From: Anaerolineae bacterium
GTDB lineage: Bacteria; Chloroflexota; Anaerolineae; UBA1429
Length of the DNA: 64,000 bases
Assembly: GCA_040767425.1 (NCBI GenBank)
Contig: JAXGON010000003.1
Span: 22,440 to 86,439, forward strand
Direction of reading: 5' to 3'
A program made the position numbers and the translations under genes. The notes beneath the pieces were generated by a model that did not search any database, was not told the DNA's origin, and saw only the letters and a list, made by a program, of their open reading frames with translations. This document shows, piece after piece, positions 38,701 to 47,510 of the stretch; within the stretch, counting starts at the first letter, position 1; each line of letters begins with the position of its first letter.

Positions 38701-40686
38701 CTACTCGGCCGCCAACGCCTGATGCCCGCGGACCTCGGGCACCGTCAGGTGCACATAGCCATCGCGATACTCGAACGGCAACGGCTGGCCCGTCGGCACC
38801 AACGTGACCTGCGCGGGCGGCTGTGCCGTCTTGAAGGCCAACCCTACGTTGAACAGCGGGATCACATCCTCGATCACATCGAAGGCGAGGCCGCGCCGCT
38901 CGGGGATATAGTGCAGCAGATGCACCACCGTCCGGCCCGCCTCCTCTTGGCGCAGCATGGTCAGCTGCGCGGTACTGGGAGCATCGGTCACCGTCAACGG
39001 ATCGGGTAGCAGAAGCTTGAGCGCCGCCAGCACTAGCTTCTTGTACCAGGGTGTAGCTTGCTGGCGGTAGCCCATAAAGAGCGGATGCGCCAGATAGATG
39101 ACGTTGCCCGCGGCGTTCATGGTGATGCCCGGGTAGCCAGCGCTCTTGTCATGAGTCGGCGGCGTCTGCCGGTGCGAGCAGAAATGCTCCCAGGTACGCT
39201 CAAAGTACGGCGCGATCACATCGGCCAGGATCCGCGTGCCCTTGAGCGGCCGCACGGCCATACCACGCTCATAAATGACATGCGGCGCGGCCGGCAAGGC
39301 CCCCTCCAGCGGCCCTTTACCCACCCACAAGTAGTCGGCCTCGTACGGCGCATCGCCCTGGCACCCCAAGCCAAAGGCATCCAGCGCAAAAGAGTCGCCC
39401 GTTGGCGTCAACCCCGCCCGATAGCTGGCCAGGATGCGGCCGCCCTGATCGAGATACCCCTGCACCTTGGCCGCCAACGTCTCATCCAGCGGCACCTTGT
39501 CGGGCAGGATCACCACCCGGTAGCCGCTCCAGTCGCACTCGCCGTCGATGACATCGAACTGGTGGTGTCCCTCGGTCAGTATGCGCAGGGCGCCGGCATT
39601 GGCGCTATCCACCCGGCCATCCTCCAGGCCCACGGCCTCGACGTTGAACAGCCCGATATCCACCTGCGGCACGGCGCCGACCGCCCACGGCTCCAGCGCC
39701 TCCACCTTGGCATAGACGCTACCAATCAGGTCATAGACCTCCTCCTCCAGCCTTCCGCGCGGCGGAAGCTGGTCTCCCACGGAGCAGGCGGCGCCGTTAG
39801 CCACCATCTGCAGACACTCGTACTCTAGCGCAGCCTGATTCTTGTACGAGGCAAAGTCACCCCACGAGGTATGAAACTTGCCCGTCATGCCCAACACTGG
39901 CTTTTGCAGGGCACGCGCATAGCGCCCGGTCACCGGAAAGTGCTCATAGCCCCAACCACTAGGCAACGACTCGACCTCCAGATGGGTAAAGGTGTCCAGT
40001 GTGGGGCGGAACGACGGCGGGATGTGCCCGGTGTTATGGAACACGGTCACATCGGGCTTGAGCTGCAATACGCCGTGGCCGAACCGGCGTCGGTAGCGCT
40101 CGATCACGTCATGGGCAAAGCGCTGGCGATCCTCGGCTCGCTCCGGGCGCAAACCCTGCTTGACCATATCCCGTCGGCAATAGCGACAGGTGCACTCGCC
40201 TTGGTGGATAATATCGAAAAAGAAGCCGTCCACGTCGTCACCGAAAAGCTCTAGCACCTCCATGGTCTGCTCCCAGACATAATCCAGGTAGGGACTATTG
40301 AGGCAGAGCTTTTTCCAGCGCGCCACCACCGGGCTGGTGTTCCCCAAGGTACCCTGTGGGTTGACCTCGAGCCACTCTGGATGCTCCTCGGCCATGGCCT
40401 CGTCCAGGCCTACCGTGATATAGATCGGCGCACGGATGCCCGCCTGGTGGCAGGCGACGATCTGCTCGCCCAGCAGGTTGAACGTGAGGCTAGGATGCTT
40501 GGGAAAGCGGGTAGGCGTATAGTAGACCATGCCATGGTGACAACGCGCAAAGCAGGTAATCGAGTTCACATGGGCACGCTGCAGGGTCTCCACAAAGTGC
40601 TGCGCATCCCAATCGGCGCCCACATCGTCGATGGCCGGCGACGTGTGAAAATCCAGATGAACCTGACGCATGCGTAGGGGCTCCAT
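38701..40686 (-). CDS. Putative glycoside hydrolase, GHL6/GH42-like, paralog of the 18957-21002 gene.
   Basis: N-terminus ..RQVHLDFHTSP.. (compare ..KLFFDFHSP..), shared EHPEW motif, Cys cluster ECTCRYCRRD (compare CYCDACQ), and the same amidotransferase-like middle domain (..GGRILASYRAGL..). Confidence 0.55.
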   Translation of the reverse strand: MEPLRMRQVHLDFHTSPAIDDVGADWDAQHFVETLQRAHVNSITCFARCHHGMVYYTPTRFPKHPSLTFNLLGEQIVACHQAGIRAPIYITVGLDEAMAEEHPEWLEVNPQGTLGNTSPVVARWKKLCLNSPYLDYVWEQTMEVLELFGDDVDGFFFDIIHQGECTCRYCRRDMVKQGLRPERAEDRQRFAHDVIERYRRRFGHGVLQLKPDVTVFHNTGHIPPSFRPTLDTFTHLEVESLPSGWGYEHFPVTGRYARALQKPVLGMTGKFHTSWGDFASYKNQAALEYECLQMVANGAACSVGDQLPPRGRLEEEVYDLIGSVYAKVEALEPWAVGAVPQVDIGLFNVEAVGLEDGRVDSANAGALRILTEGHHQFDVIDGECDWSGYRVVILPDKVPLDETLAAKVQGYLDQGGRILASYRAGLTPTGDSFALDAFGLGCQGDAPYEADYLWVGKGPLEGALPAAPHVIYERGMAVRPLKGTRILADVIAPYFERTWEHFCSHRQTPPTHDKSAGYPGITMNAAGNVIYLAHPLFMGYRQQATPWYKKLVLAALKLLLPDPLTVTDAPSTAQLTMLRQEEAGRTVVHLLHYIPERRGLAFDVIEDVIPLFNVGLAFKTAQPPAQVTLVPTGQPLPFEYRDGYVHLTVPEVRGHQALAAE

Positions 40687-40746
40687 GATTCTCCTTTCAA
40701 CTAGGCGACTCGGTATAACGCCATCATAGCGGCGGAGAAAGGCAGC

Positions 40747-40787
40747 GTCAACGTCTCGTTGACCCGCCCTTTGCCCGCCGGTATACT
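40747..40787 (+). promoter_or_regulatory. Sigma-70-like promoter for the AOR gene with a palindromic operator candidate overlapping the -35.
   Basis: TTGACC (40759-40764), 17 nt spacer, TATACT (40782-40787). Palindrome GTCAACG-TCTC-CGTTGAC at 40747-40764. The 5' UTR is about 88 nt. Confidence 0.5.
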
Positions 40788-40875
40788 CTCAGAAGGCTGC
40801 ACCTACCAGAGGGCGCGACGCTGGACAGCGTCACCGCTTCTCTTGGCACCAAGGAACCGTATGGAGGGGGCTAGG

Positions 40876-42768
40876 ATGAGCTACGGACACTGGGGCAAGA
40901 TGTTGCGCGTCAACCTGACCACTGGCGATATCGCCGTCGAGAGCCTCGACGAGGACTTTCTTCGGCGCTACGTCGGCGGCTGGGGGTTCATCGCGCACAC
41001 CCTGCTGCGCGAGCTGCCGGCGGGCGTCGACCCGCTGAGCCCTGAGAACCGCCTTATCTATGCCACCGGCCCCATCACCGGCCAGGCCATCGCCGGTGGC
41101 GGCCGCCACATGATCGGCGCCAAGTCGCCCCTCACCGGCGGCTTTTCGGGGTCCGAGGCCGGCGGCTATTTCGGTGCCGAGCTCAAGCGCGCCGGCTGGG
41201 ACATGATCATCTTTGAGGGCGCCTCGGAAAAGCCGGTCTACCTCTGGATCCAGGACGATCAGGTGGAGCTGCGCTCCGCCGAGCACCTGTGGGGACGCGA
41301 GATCTGGGAGGTCCAGGAAGCCATCCGCGAGAAGCTAGGCGACAAGTGGATTCGCGTCTCTCAGTGTGGCCCCGCCGGAGAACGGCTAGTGCGGGTCAGC
41401 AATATCCTGCACGACGCCACCCGCGCCGCCGGACGCACCGGCCTGGGCGCGGTCATGGGCAGCAAAAAGCTGCGCGCCGTGGCCGTACGCGGCAGCCAGT
41501 CGCCACCCGTCCACGATCCTGACGCGCTGAAAGATCTCGCCAAATGGTTCCGCGACCACTTTCGCGAGACCGGCTCCGTGGCCTATGCCACGCTGGGCAC
41601 GGTGCGCATGGTCCGCGTCCACAACGAAGCCGGCGGGCTGCCCACCCGAAACTTTTCCCAGGGCGTCTTTGAGGGCTTTGAGAATCTGACCTCTGAAGCG
41701 CAGCTCGAGGTGACCCAACGGCGCGATACCTGCTACGGCTGCCCCATCCGTTGCAAGTGGGTGGTCTCTATCGAGGACGAGACTTATCCCGCCGACCCCA
41801 AGTACGGCGGCCCCGAATATGAGACCACGGGCGCCTTTGGCTCCTGCTGTGGCATCGACGACATCCGCATCACCTGCCACGCCAACCAGCTCTGCAACGC
41901 TTACGGCCTAGACACCATCGGCGTGGGGGTGACCATCGCCTGGGCCATGGAGTCGTTCGAGCGCGGCGTGCTCACCACGGCCGATACCGACGGTCTCGAT
42001 CTGCACTTTGGCAACGGCGATGCGATCATCACCCTGATTCACAAGATCGCCCGTCGCGAGGGGTTCGGCGACCTGCTCTCCCACGGCTCGCGCTATGCCG
42101 CCCAGCAGGTCGGCCAGGGCTCGCTAGCATGGGCCGTCCAGATCAAGGGCCAAGAGGTGGCCATGCACGACCCCCGGATCAAGTACGGCCACGGGTTGGG
42201 CATCGCCGTCTCGCCCACCGGCGCCGACCACATGCACTCGGTGCATGACAGCGGCTATACTACTGACGATGGCATCCACGACCTCAAGCCGCTGGGCGTG
42301 TTGCACCCCTTGCCCAAGGACGACCTCAGCGCCGAAAAGGCCCGCATGGTGCGCCGCGCCATGATGTGGCGCGTGCTGGACAATCTCACTGGCATCTGCA
42401 TGTTCCAGATGTGGCCGCCCCAGAAAAAGGCCGAGATCATCCAGGCCGCCACGGGCTGGAACACCTCGGTGCTAGAGCTGTGGCAGGCAGCCGAGCGCGC
42501 CTATGACATGGCCCGCGCCTTTAACGCCCGCGAGGGCTTTGGCCCCGATGACGACGACCTGCCGCCGCGCATGTACGAGCACTTTGCCGAGGGGCCAGCC
42601 GCCGGCCAGGCGCCCACCCGCGAGCAGTTTGCCGCCGCCAAGCAGGCGTTTTACGCCTACATGGGGTGGGATCCGAAGACGGCCGCGCCCACGCGCGAGA
42701 GGCTGGAGGAGCTGGACGTGCCCTGGGTGGCAGAGCTGCTGGAGGGGGCGACGAGACGCGATGCTTAG
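40876..42768 (+). CDS. aor: Tungsten-containing aldehyde:ferredoxin oxidoreductase (AOR family).
   Basis: MSYGHWGKMLRVNLTTGDI..; tungstopterin-binding and [4Fe-4S] region (..CYGCPIRCKW..); ..GADHMHS..; AOR domains 2/3. ATG 40876 after GGAGGGGG. Confidence 0.9.
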   Translation: MSYGHWGKMLRVNLTTGDIAVESLDEDFLRRYVGGWGFIAHTLLRELPAGVDPLSPENRLIYATGPITGQAIAGGGRHMIGAKSPLTGGFSGSEAGGYFGAELKRAGWDMIIFEGASEKPVYLWIQDDQVELRSAEHLWGREIWEVQEAIREKLGDKWIRVSQCGPAGERLVRVSNILHDATRAAGRTGLGAVMGSKKLRAVAVRGSQSPPVHDPDALKDLAKWFRDHFRETGSVAYATLGTVRMVRVHNEAGGLPTRNFSQGVFEGFENLTSEAQLEVTQRRDTCYGCPIRCKWVVSIEDETYPADPKYGGPEYETTGAFGSCCGIDDIRITCHANQLCNAYGLDTIGVGVTIAWAMESFERGVLTTADTDGLDLHFGNGDAIITLIHKIARREGFGDLLSHGSRYAAQQVGQGSLAWAVQIKGQEVAMHDPRIKYGHGLGIAVSPTGADHMHSVHDSGYTTDDGIHDLKPLGVLHPLPKDDLSAEKARMVRRAMMWRVLDNLTGICMFQMWPPQKKAEIIQAATGWNTSVLELWQAAERAYDMARAFNAREGFGPDDDDLPPRMYEHFAEGPAAGQAPTREQFAAAKQAFYAYMGWDPKTAAPTRERLEELDVPWVAELLEGATRRDA

Positions 42769-43231
42769 GTGTCGCGCAGCAATACGCGCGCCATAGAGCC
42801 AGTGCTCGTTTGCGACTGGATGCAGGATTATCTCAAATGACCTCAAATTGAACGATAGCTGGTGTAAACTGCAAGCATGGTTGGGAGGGCCAAGAAAAGG
42901 GTCCGCTGCTGGGGTCATACCCGGCACCCGGCCGTGTTTTGCTGTGAATCGATCATGGCGCGCGGCAGACTCGCCAACCAGCCACACCGCCAAATACACC
43001 TCGGTATCTGGCAGCGGCTGACAAGAGGCATGTCCCATCGGACAACCTCGAGACAGCAAGCTATCGCTCAAGCCGTCTACACGGCTGCGCTCGGTATCGC
43101 TTACTGAGGGGAGCGGTTGCCGCGCGGACACGGCTGAACAGGATCGGCTCCGATTGGTAGTGACTGCCATTGACGCTTGCGTCCTGGAAGAAGGATCTAC
43201 CGTCGGCCGTACCGATCCTGCTCAATTCCCC

Positions 43232-43260
43232 TTGACCTCTCCCCCCTCCGCAGCTATAGT
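43232..43260 (+). promoter_or_regulatory. Sigma-70-like promoter upstream of the 964-aa gene.
   Basis: TTGACC (43232-43237), 17 nt spacer, TATAGT (43255-43260), about 85 nt before the start at 43347. Confidence 0.5.
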
Positions 43261-43346
43261 GTCATCAGAATAGCGCTCCCCGGCAGCCTCGTCCGACCGT
43301 TAGGCGCCGCCGCCTGCTTGCGACGCCCAGCTCGAAGGACGCAGAC

Positions 43347-46241
43347 GTGAAACGCACATCTCGACCGCCCAAGGCTGTCGTAGATGGGCCTCGGCTCTCC
43401 CACCGCGGCACCCTGGTCTGCGCCGCGCTGCTCCTCTTGGTCGGAAGCGCCTGCATCACCACCGAGTATGGCTTGACGATCACCGCGCCGGACCAGGATG
43501 GCGAATCCGAACTCATTGCCACCATCTCAGAGAGGCTTCACGCCGAGTACGTTGACGCCGCCCTGCAGGCCAACGCCGAGTATCGGGCCGATCTCGCGGC
43601 CGTCGGCGGTACGGTGAGCGAGGACCCTTTCCCCACCACCATCGAGGGCCTCTCCGATCTCATGAGCAGCATCCCCACCGCCCAAGAGATGCGCGACGAC
43701 GGCATGGACGTTGACGAGTCCTACGACGGTTTCGTCGCCACCCGGACCATCCCCTTGTCCGAGGCTCTCGCGAACCTGGAATCCTCCGAAGAGAAGATGA
43801 TCGTCATCGACGAGAGCGCGCCCCCCGCCATACGTTACATCTTTGACCAAGTGGTCCCCATAGGCGATGCCGAGAACGACATGGTCGCCCAGTTGGAGGA
43901 GATAGATCGTTACCGGCGCGAGGGCTTGCCGCCGAAACCCAAACTGGTGATCCGCGAGGGAGAGATCGTCGCCGAAGGCGAGGTCGACTATCTCGCGCTG
44001 TTCGGCTCCCTCGGCGAAAAGAGCGAACTGGAGGCGTGGTACTGGCTTCGCATCCTGGTGGAGACTGGCATCCCCACGTTCAGCTTTTCCGTCTCCATGC
44101 CCGGCGAGGTCGTTCTTTATACAATAGATGGCGTGCCGGGCGGAAACCTGGTAGACAACCGCGTCACCTTTGTGTTTGACGAAGCTTTCATGCGGCGCCT
44201 CGGCACCGGCGACCACCGCCTACATGTGGAGACGGTGTACATCCCCGGGCAGACGCCCGCATCCCGCGACGACCGCGATGGCGACGGCATCCCTGATGAC
44301 GACGACGCCTGCCCCAACCAGTACGGCCCGCCCCCCGATGGCTGCCCCACCGACGCCTTGGCACTAGTCTGCGTGCCCGCTGAGCCCGCAGCGTATGCGC
44401 AGGTCACCTGCACGGCCCGTGTGCCCGAAGCGCACCGCACCGACACGCTCACCTTCGACTGGTACCTGGACGGCGCCCATCAGGGGACGAGCACACAGCC
44501 CACCTGGGTTTGGGGATCGGCCGAGCCGGGGAAACACGACGTGGGCGCTGACGCCATTGGCGATGGCTGGAGCTCCAGCGCATCTATTCCGCTCGACGTC
44601 TCCGAGGACCGCGATCTGGTAGCGACCCTGGGATACGCCCCCGACCCTCCCGTGGCAGACAAGTCGCTGATCCTTAGCGTACAGGTGGACGGGAGCCGCC
44701 CCGATGAGACGCTCACCTACCGCTGGTTCTTGGACGACCAACTGGCCTCAGAGGCCGAAACCATGGCATGGGTGGCTATCACCGGCACCCACACCGTCCA
44801 GGTGGAGGTACGCGGCGAGGGCGACCGCCTCGCTGTCGACCGCCGCAGCGTGGCCGTCCCGCCGCTCCAGCCAGCCTTCTACGAGGCCACCCCGGGAGCG
44901 CAGGCCGCGTTTGACATCTCTTACCTACAATGCACCGAGAGCATCACCACCGGCGAAAGCGTCGAATGCACCGTGGGCATTACCCGCGATGACAGCAAGG
45001 TGGGAGCGCTTGGCGTAGTTTGGTTCGTGGACGGCGCGTTGGCGCAACAGGAAGAGTCGGTGGGTTTGAGGGCCGCTTTCTCTCTAGAGAACCCGTCTCC
45101 CGGCCAGCACACGATCCAAGTGCGCGTCATTGACCCCGAATCGGGCGACGCCGCGGCCAGATCCGCCGTTGTGCGCGTCGACGAGGGGGCAGGGGGCCGC
45201 ATCCCTACCGCGGCAGCTGCCGGCGCAGCCGCCGGAACGGCCGGCACCATAGGCGCGTGGCTGTGGTTGGAGTGGTGGCGCGCCCGCATGGCGCAGCAGC
45301 GTGTCGAAGCAGCCGCCCGCGCAGCCGAGGCACGCAAGGCCGCGGAGGAGGCCGCCGATGAGGCCCTGCGACAGGACCGGCAACGCTGGTACGACCAAGT
45401 GGAGGAGCTCAACCGCGTTGAGAGGCAGCAGCGTGCTTACCGCGAGGCCCTTGGCGAGTACTATGACGCCGCGCTGGATCATCTCGATGCAGTCATCAAG
45501 CTAGGGCACCTGGAACGCGATCACGCCCAGCTCTCCAAACGACTGGCGGAGCTCAAGGTCCAGTTCGACGTCGCGCGTTGCACCGCCGTAACCGACGGTG
45601 TACTTGAAATCGCCGACATAATGGTGGATACGCTGCTGTGGAACGCCGGCGGCGGCCCCGAGTGGCTCTCGACGGTGCCCGGCGGCTATGGCAAGGATTG
45701 GCTAAAAGCCCTCCTCAAGGCCGCCGCCCGCCAGAAAGTTCGCGAGGCCTACGGGGTTCCGGGGCACGAACCCGATTTTCTGCGCAAACAGTTTCTCGAT
45801 TCCGCTGGCATCCCGACAGACTATTTCGTCGATTGGGACGTCGCTACACGCGATAAGGGGCTACCGCGCATCGTCTTCGACCTGGGGGTGCCGCGTGGGG
45901 TCCCCAAAACCTTGCTGATCCAGCAGCTTGAGAAACGCCTCCCGACCCGGGACCTGGGCAAGAACCTGGGATACGGCTACAGTGTGTTCGAGACCGGCGC
46001 AACCGCCGCCGTTGACACGGCGGACAAGATGGAAGAGTGTCGCAAGCTGCGGCGGCAGATGAGCACCACGCTCGATCAGGTGCTGCGCCGCGAGCGAGCC
46101 ATCCCGGATGCCCAGGACGACGCCGCCCAGGCCACCCGCGTGCTACAACAGCGCACGCAACAGGTAGCCGCCGCGCAACCATCCGCCGCGGATCGGGCCG
46201 TCAATACCCAAGCGCGCTGGGAAGCGATGCAGCAACGCTAG
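43347..46241 (+). CDS. Large hypothetical lipoprotein-like single-pass membrane protein: extracellular region with an Asp-rich Ca-binding-like motif and three tandem Ig-like repeats, a TM helix, and a cytoplasmic coiled-coil/alpha domain.
   Basis: N-terminus MKRTSRPP..LLLLVGSAC (lipobox-like LVGSAC). DDRDGDGIPDDDDACPNQ (thrombospondin-type-3-like Asp motif). Three approximately 110-aa repeats (..TFDWYLDGAHQG..HDV.., ..TYRWFLDDQLASE..HTVQVEV.., ..VVWFVDGALAQQ..HTIQVRV..). TM AAAGAAAGTAGTIGAWLWLEWW at about residues 610-635. About 330-aa Glu/Arg/Gln-rich helical C-terminal domain. No recognisable catalytic motif. Confidence 0.6.
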   Translation: MKRTSRPPKAVVDGPRLSHRGTLVCAALLLLVGSACITTEYGLTITAPDQDGESELIATISERLHAEYVDAALQANAEYRADLAAVGGTVSEDPFPTTIEGLSDLMSSIPTAQEMRDDGMDVDESYDGFVATRTIPLSEALANLESSEEKMIVIDESAPPAIRYIFDQVVPIGDAENDMVAQLEEIDRYRREGLPPKPKLVIREGEIVAEGEVDYLALFGSLGEKSELEAWYWLRILVETGIPTFSFSVSMPGEVVLYTIDGVPGGNLVDNRVTFVFDEAFMRRLGTGDHRLHVETVYIPGQTPASRDDRDGDGIPDDDDACPNQYGPPPDGCPTDALALVCVPAEPAAYAQVTCTARVPEAHRTDTLTFDWYLDGAHQGTSTQPTWVWGSAEPGKHDVGADAIGDGWSSSASIPLDVSEDRDLVATLGYAPDPPVADKSLILSVQVDGSRPDETLTYRWFLDDQLASEAETMAWVAITGTHTVQVEVRGEGDRLAVDRRSVAVPPLQPAFYEATPGAQAAFDISYLQCTESITTGESVECTVGITRDDSKVGALGVVWFVDGALAQQEESVGLRAAFSLENPSPGQHTIQVRVIDPESGDAAARSAVVRVDEGAGGRIPTAAAAGAAAGTAGTIGAWLWLEWWRARMAQQRVEAAARAAEARKAAEEAADEALRQDRQRWYDQVEELNRVERQQRAYREALGEYYDAALDHLDAVIKLGHLERDHAQLSKRLAELKVQFDVARCTAVTDGVLEIADIMVDTLLWNAGGGPEWLSTVPGGYGKDWLKALLKAAARQKVREAYGVPGHEPDFLRKQFLDSAGIPTDYFVDWDVATRDKGLPRIVFDLGVPRGVPKTLLIQQLEKRLPTRDLGKNLGYGYSVFETGATAAVDTADKMEECRKLRRQMSTTLDQVLRRERAIPDAQDDAAQATRVLQQRTQQVAAAQPSAADRAVNTQARWEAMQQR

Positions 46242-46255
46242 GAGAGGATAGGACT

Positions 46256-47149
46256 ATGCCCACGCTGCGCATGTACACACCGGCCGCTCTCGCCGAGATG
46301 GCGCGCGAGGTCCGCCTGCATCGCGCCGACAAGATCATGACGGACGTCGATCTGGCCCTGTTGCTGGCGCGTTGCGTCCTGCGCGATGACGCTGGCGCCT
46401 ACTTTTACCTCGATCCGCGCGATGAGAGCTGGTATCGCTGGGATGACGCCACATGGCAGCCATCCACCGCGCCCGAAGGACCTCTGGCGGGAGAGGATGG
46501 GTTGCCTGTGTCAATACGTCGCCCAGAGATTCCACCGGAGGAGGTGGTAACACCCGGGGAGCGCGTCTCGGCGGCCCAGGCGTTGGCAAACATCCGCCAG
46601 ACGGTGTGGGAAGCTTTTCGTGACGGCCGCTTGGATAGCGACGCCGCCGCCATCCTCATGGCGCGACAAGTGCTGGTGGAGCGCTCGGGGATCGCGTGGA
46701 CCGTCGGGATCGCGACGGGGCACTGGTACCGCTTTTGGCCGGAGGGCTGGAGCGAAGCGGCGCCGCCCCCCATGGATGACGAGTTGTGTGGCCGCGGAGA
46801 GCTGGGATCGCTGTTGGAGAACCCCAGCGGTGAGAACGATCCGCCCGACGCGCTGGCGCGCTTTCTCGTCGCCGGCGTGGGAGTCCTGCCGGAGGCTATC
46901 ACCCCTCCCTGGACCCCTCCCGACGCCATCCCCGCCGCCGCCATGAAGCTATATCGCGTATGCCCGAGCTGCAAAGCCACCATCGCCGCCGAGAGCCGCT
47001 TCTGCCCCGTCTGTCGCGCCGTGCGGCCGGAGCCGTTGCCCCCGAAAGGCGACAGCGCTCCTGAGAAACAGCCTGAGGCCCGATGCTCCCGATGTGGCGC
47101 CCCCCTGCGCGCTGGCGACGCCTTTGCCTCCGGTGCGGTGCGCCCGTAA
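46256..47149 (+). CDS. Hypothetical cytoplasmic protein with a C-terminal multi-zinc-ribbon (CxxC) array, apparently truncated by a frameshift (the array continues to 47244).
   Basis: ATG 46256 lies 9 nt after GGAGAGG and 15 nt after the upstream stop. C-terminus CPSC-x10-CPVC, CSRCGAP; stop TAA 47147-47149. A further C[L]RCGAP..CIRCGAQ-x7-CPAC segment is encoded in the +2 frame from 47125 to TGA 47242-47244. Confidence 0.55.
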   Translation: MPTLRMYTPAALAEMAREVRLHRADKIMTDVDLALLLARCVLRDDAGAYFYLDPRDESWYRWDDATWQPSTAPEGPLAGEDGLPVSIRRPEIPPEEVVTPGERVSAAQALANIRQTVWEAFRDGRLDSDAAAILMARQVLVERSGIAWTVGIATGHWYRFWPEGWSEAAPPPMDDELCGRGELGSLLENPSGENDPPDALARFLVAGVGVLPEAITPPWTPPDAIPAAAMKLYRVCPSCKATIAAESRFCPVCRAVRPEPLPPKGDSAPEKQPEARCSRCGAPLRAGDAFASGAVRP

Positions 47150-47331
47150 GCGAGTCCAATCACTGCATCAGGTGCGGCGCACAGATCCCAAAGGGAGCCC
47201 GGTTCTGCCCAGCGTGCGGTGCCAGGCAGGATGAGAAGCCTTGACGACCCTCGTGGCGCAGAACTGCGCCCTCACCCAGTCCGTGGCTGAGGGCACCTGC
47301 ATCAAGCGCTGCCGGCCGTCACGGGCGACGC

Positions 47332-47510
47332 GGCAGGCGGCCGAGCGCGCCTACGATATGGCCTGGGCCTTTAACGCCCGCGGGGCTTTGGCCCCGATGA
47401 CGACGACCTGCCGCCGCGCATGTTCGAGCATGCCGACGGGTCCAGCCGCCGGCCAGGCGCCCACGCGCGAAAGGCTGGAGAGCGGACGTGCCCTGGGTGG
47501 CAGCTGGGGG
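47332..47510 (+). pseudogene. Degraded partial duplicate of the 3' end of the AOR gene (gene remnant).
   Basis: Nucleotide-level similarity (about 90 %) to 42482-42752 (..GCCGAGCGCGCCTA[CT]GA[TC]ATGGCC..TTTAACGCCCGC..GGCCCCGATGACGACGACCTGCCGCCGCGCATG..). It translates to ..QAAERAYDMAWAFNAR.. and then loses frame. An internal deletion of about 75 nt lies between the short direct repeats CCCAC(C/G)CGCGAG. Confidence 0.6.

Noticed and set aside
42877-43107. 76-aa ORF in the AT-rich junction after the AOR gene
   Set aside because: No RBS, basic low-complexity product and no conservation signal. More likely non-coding junction sequence.
43900-45100. Internal approximately 330-nt tandem periodicity in the 964-aa gene
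   Set aside because: It reflects the three Ig-like protein repeats (divergent at the DNA level), not a CRISPR array or satellite. No short identical direct repeats with unique spacers are present anywhere in the window.
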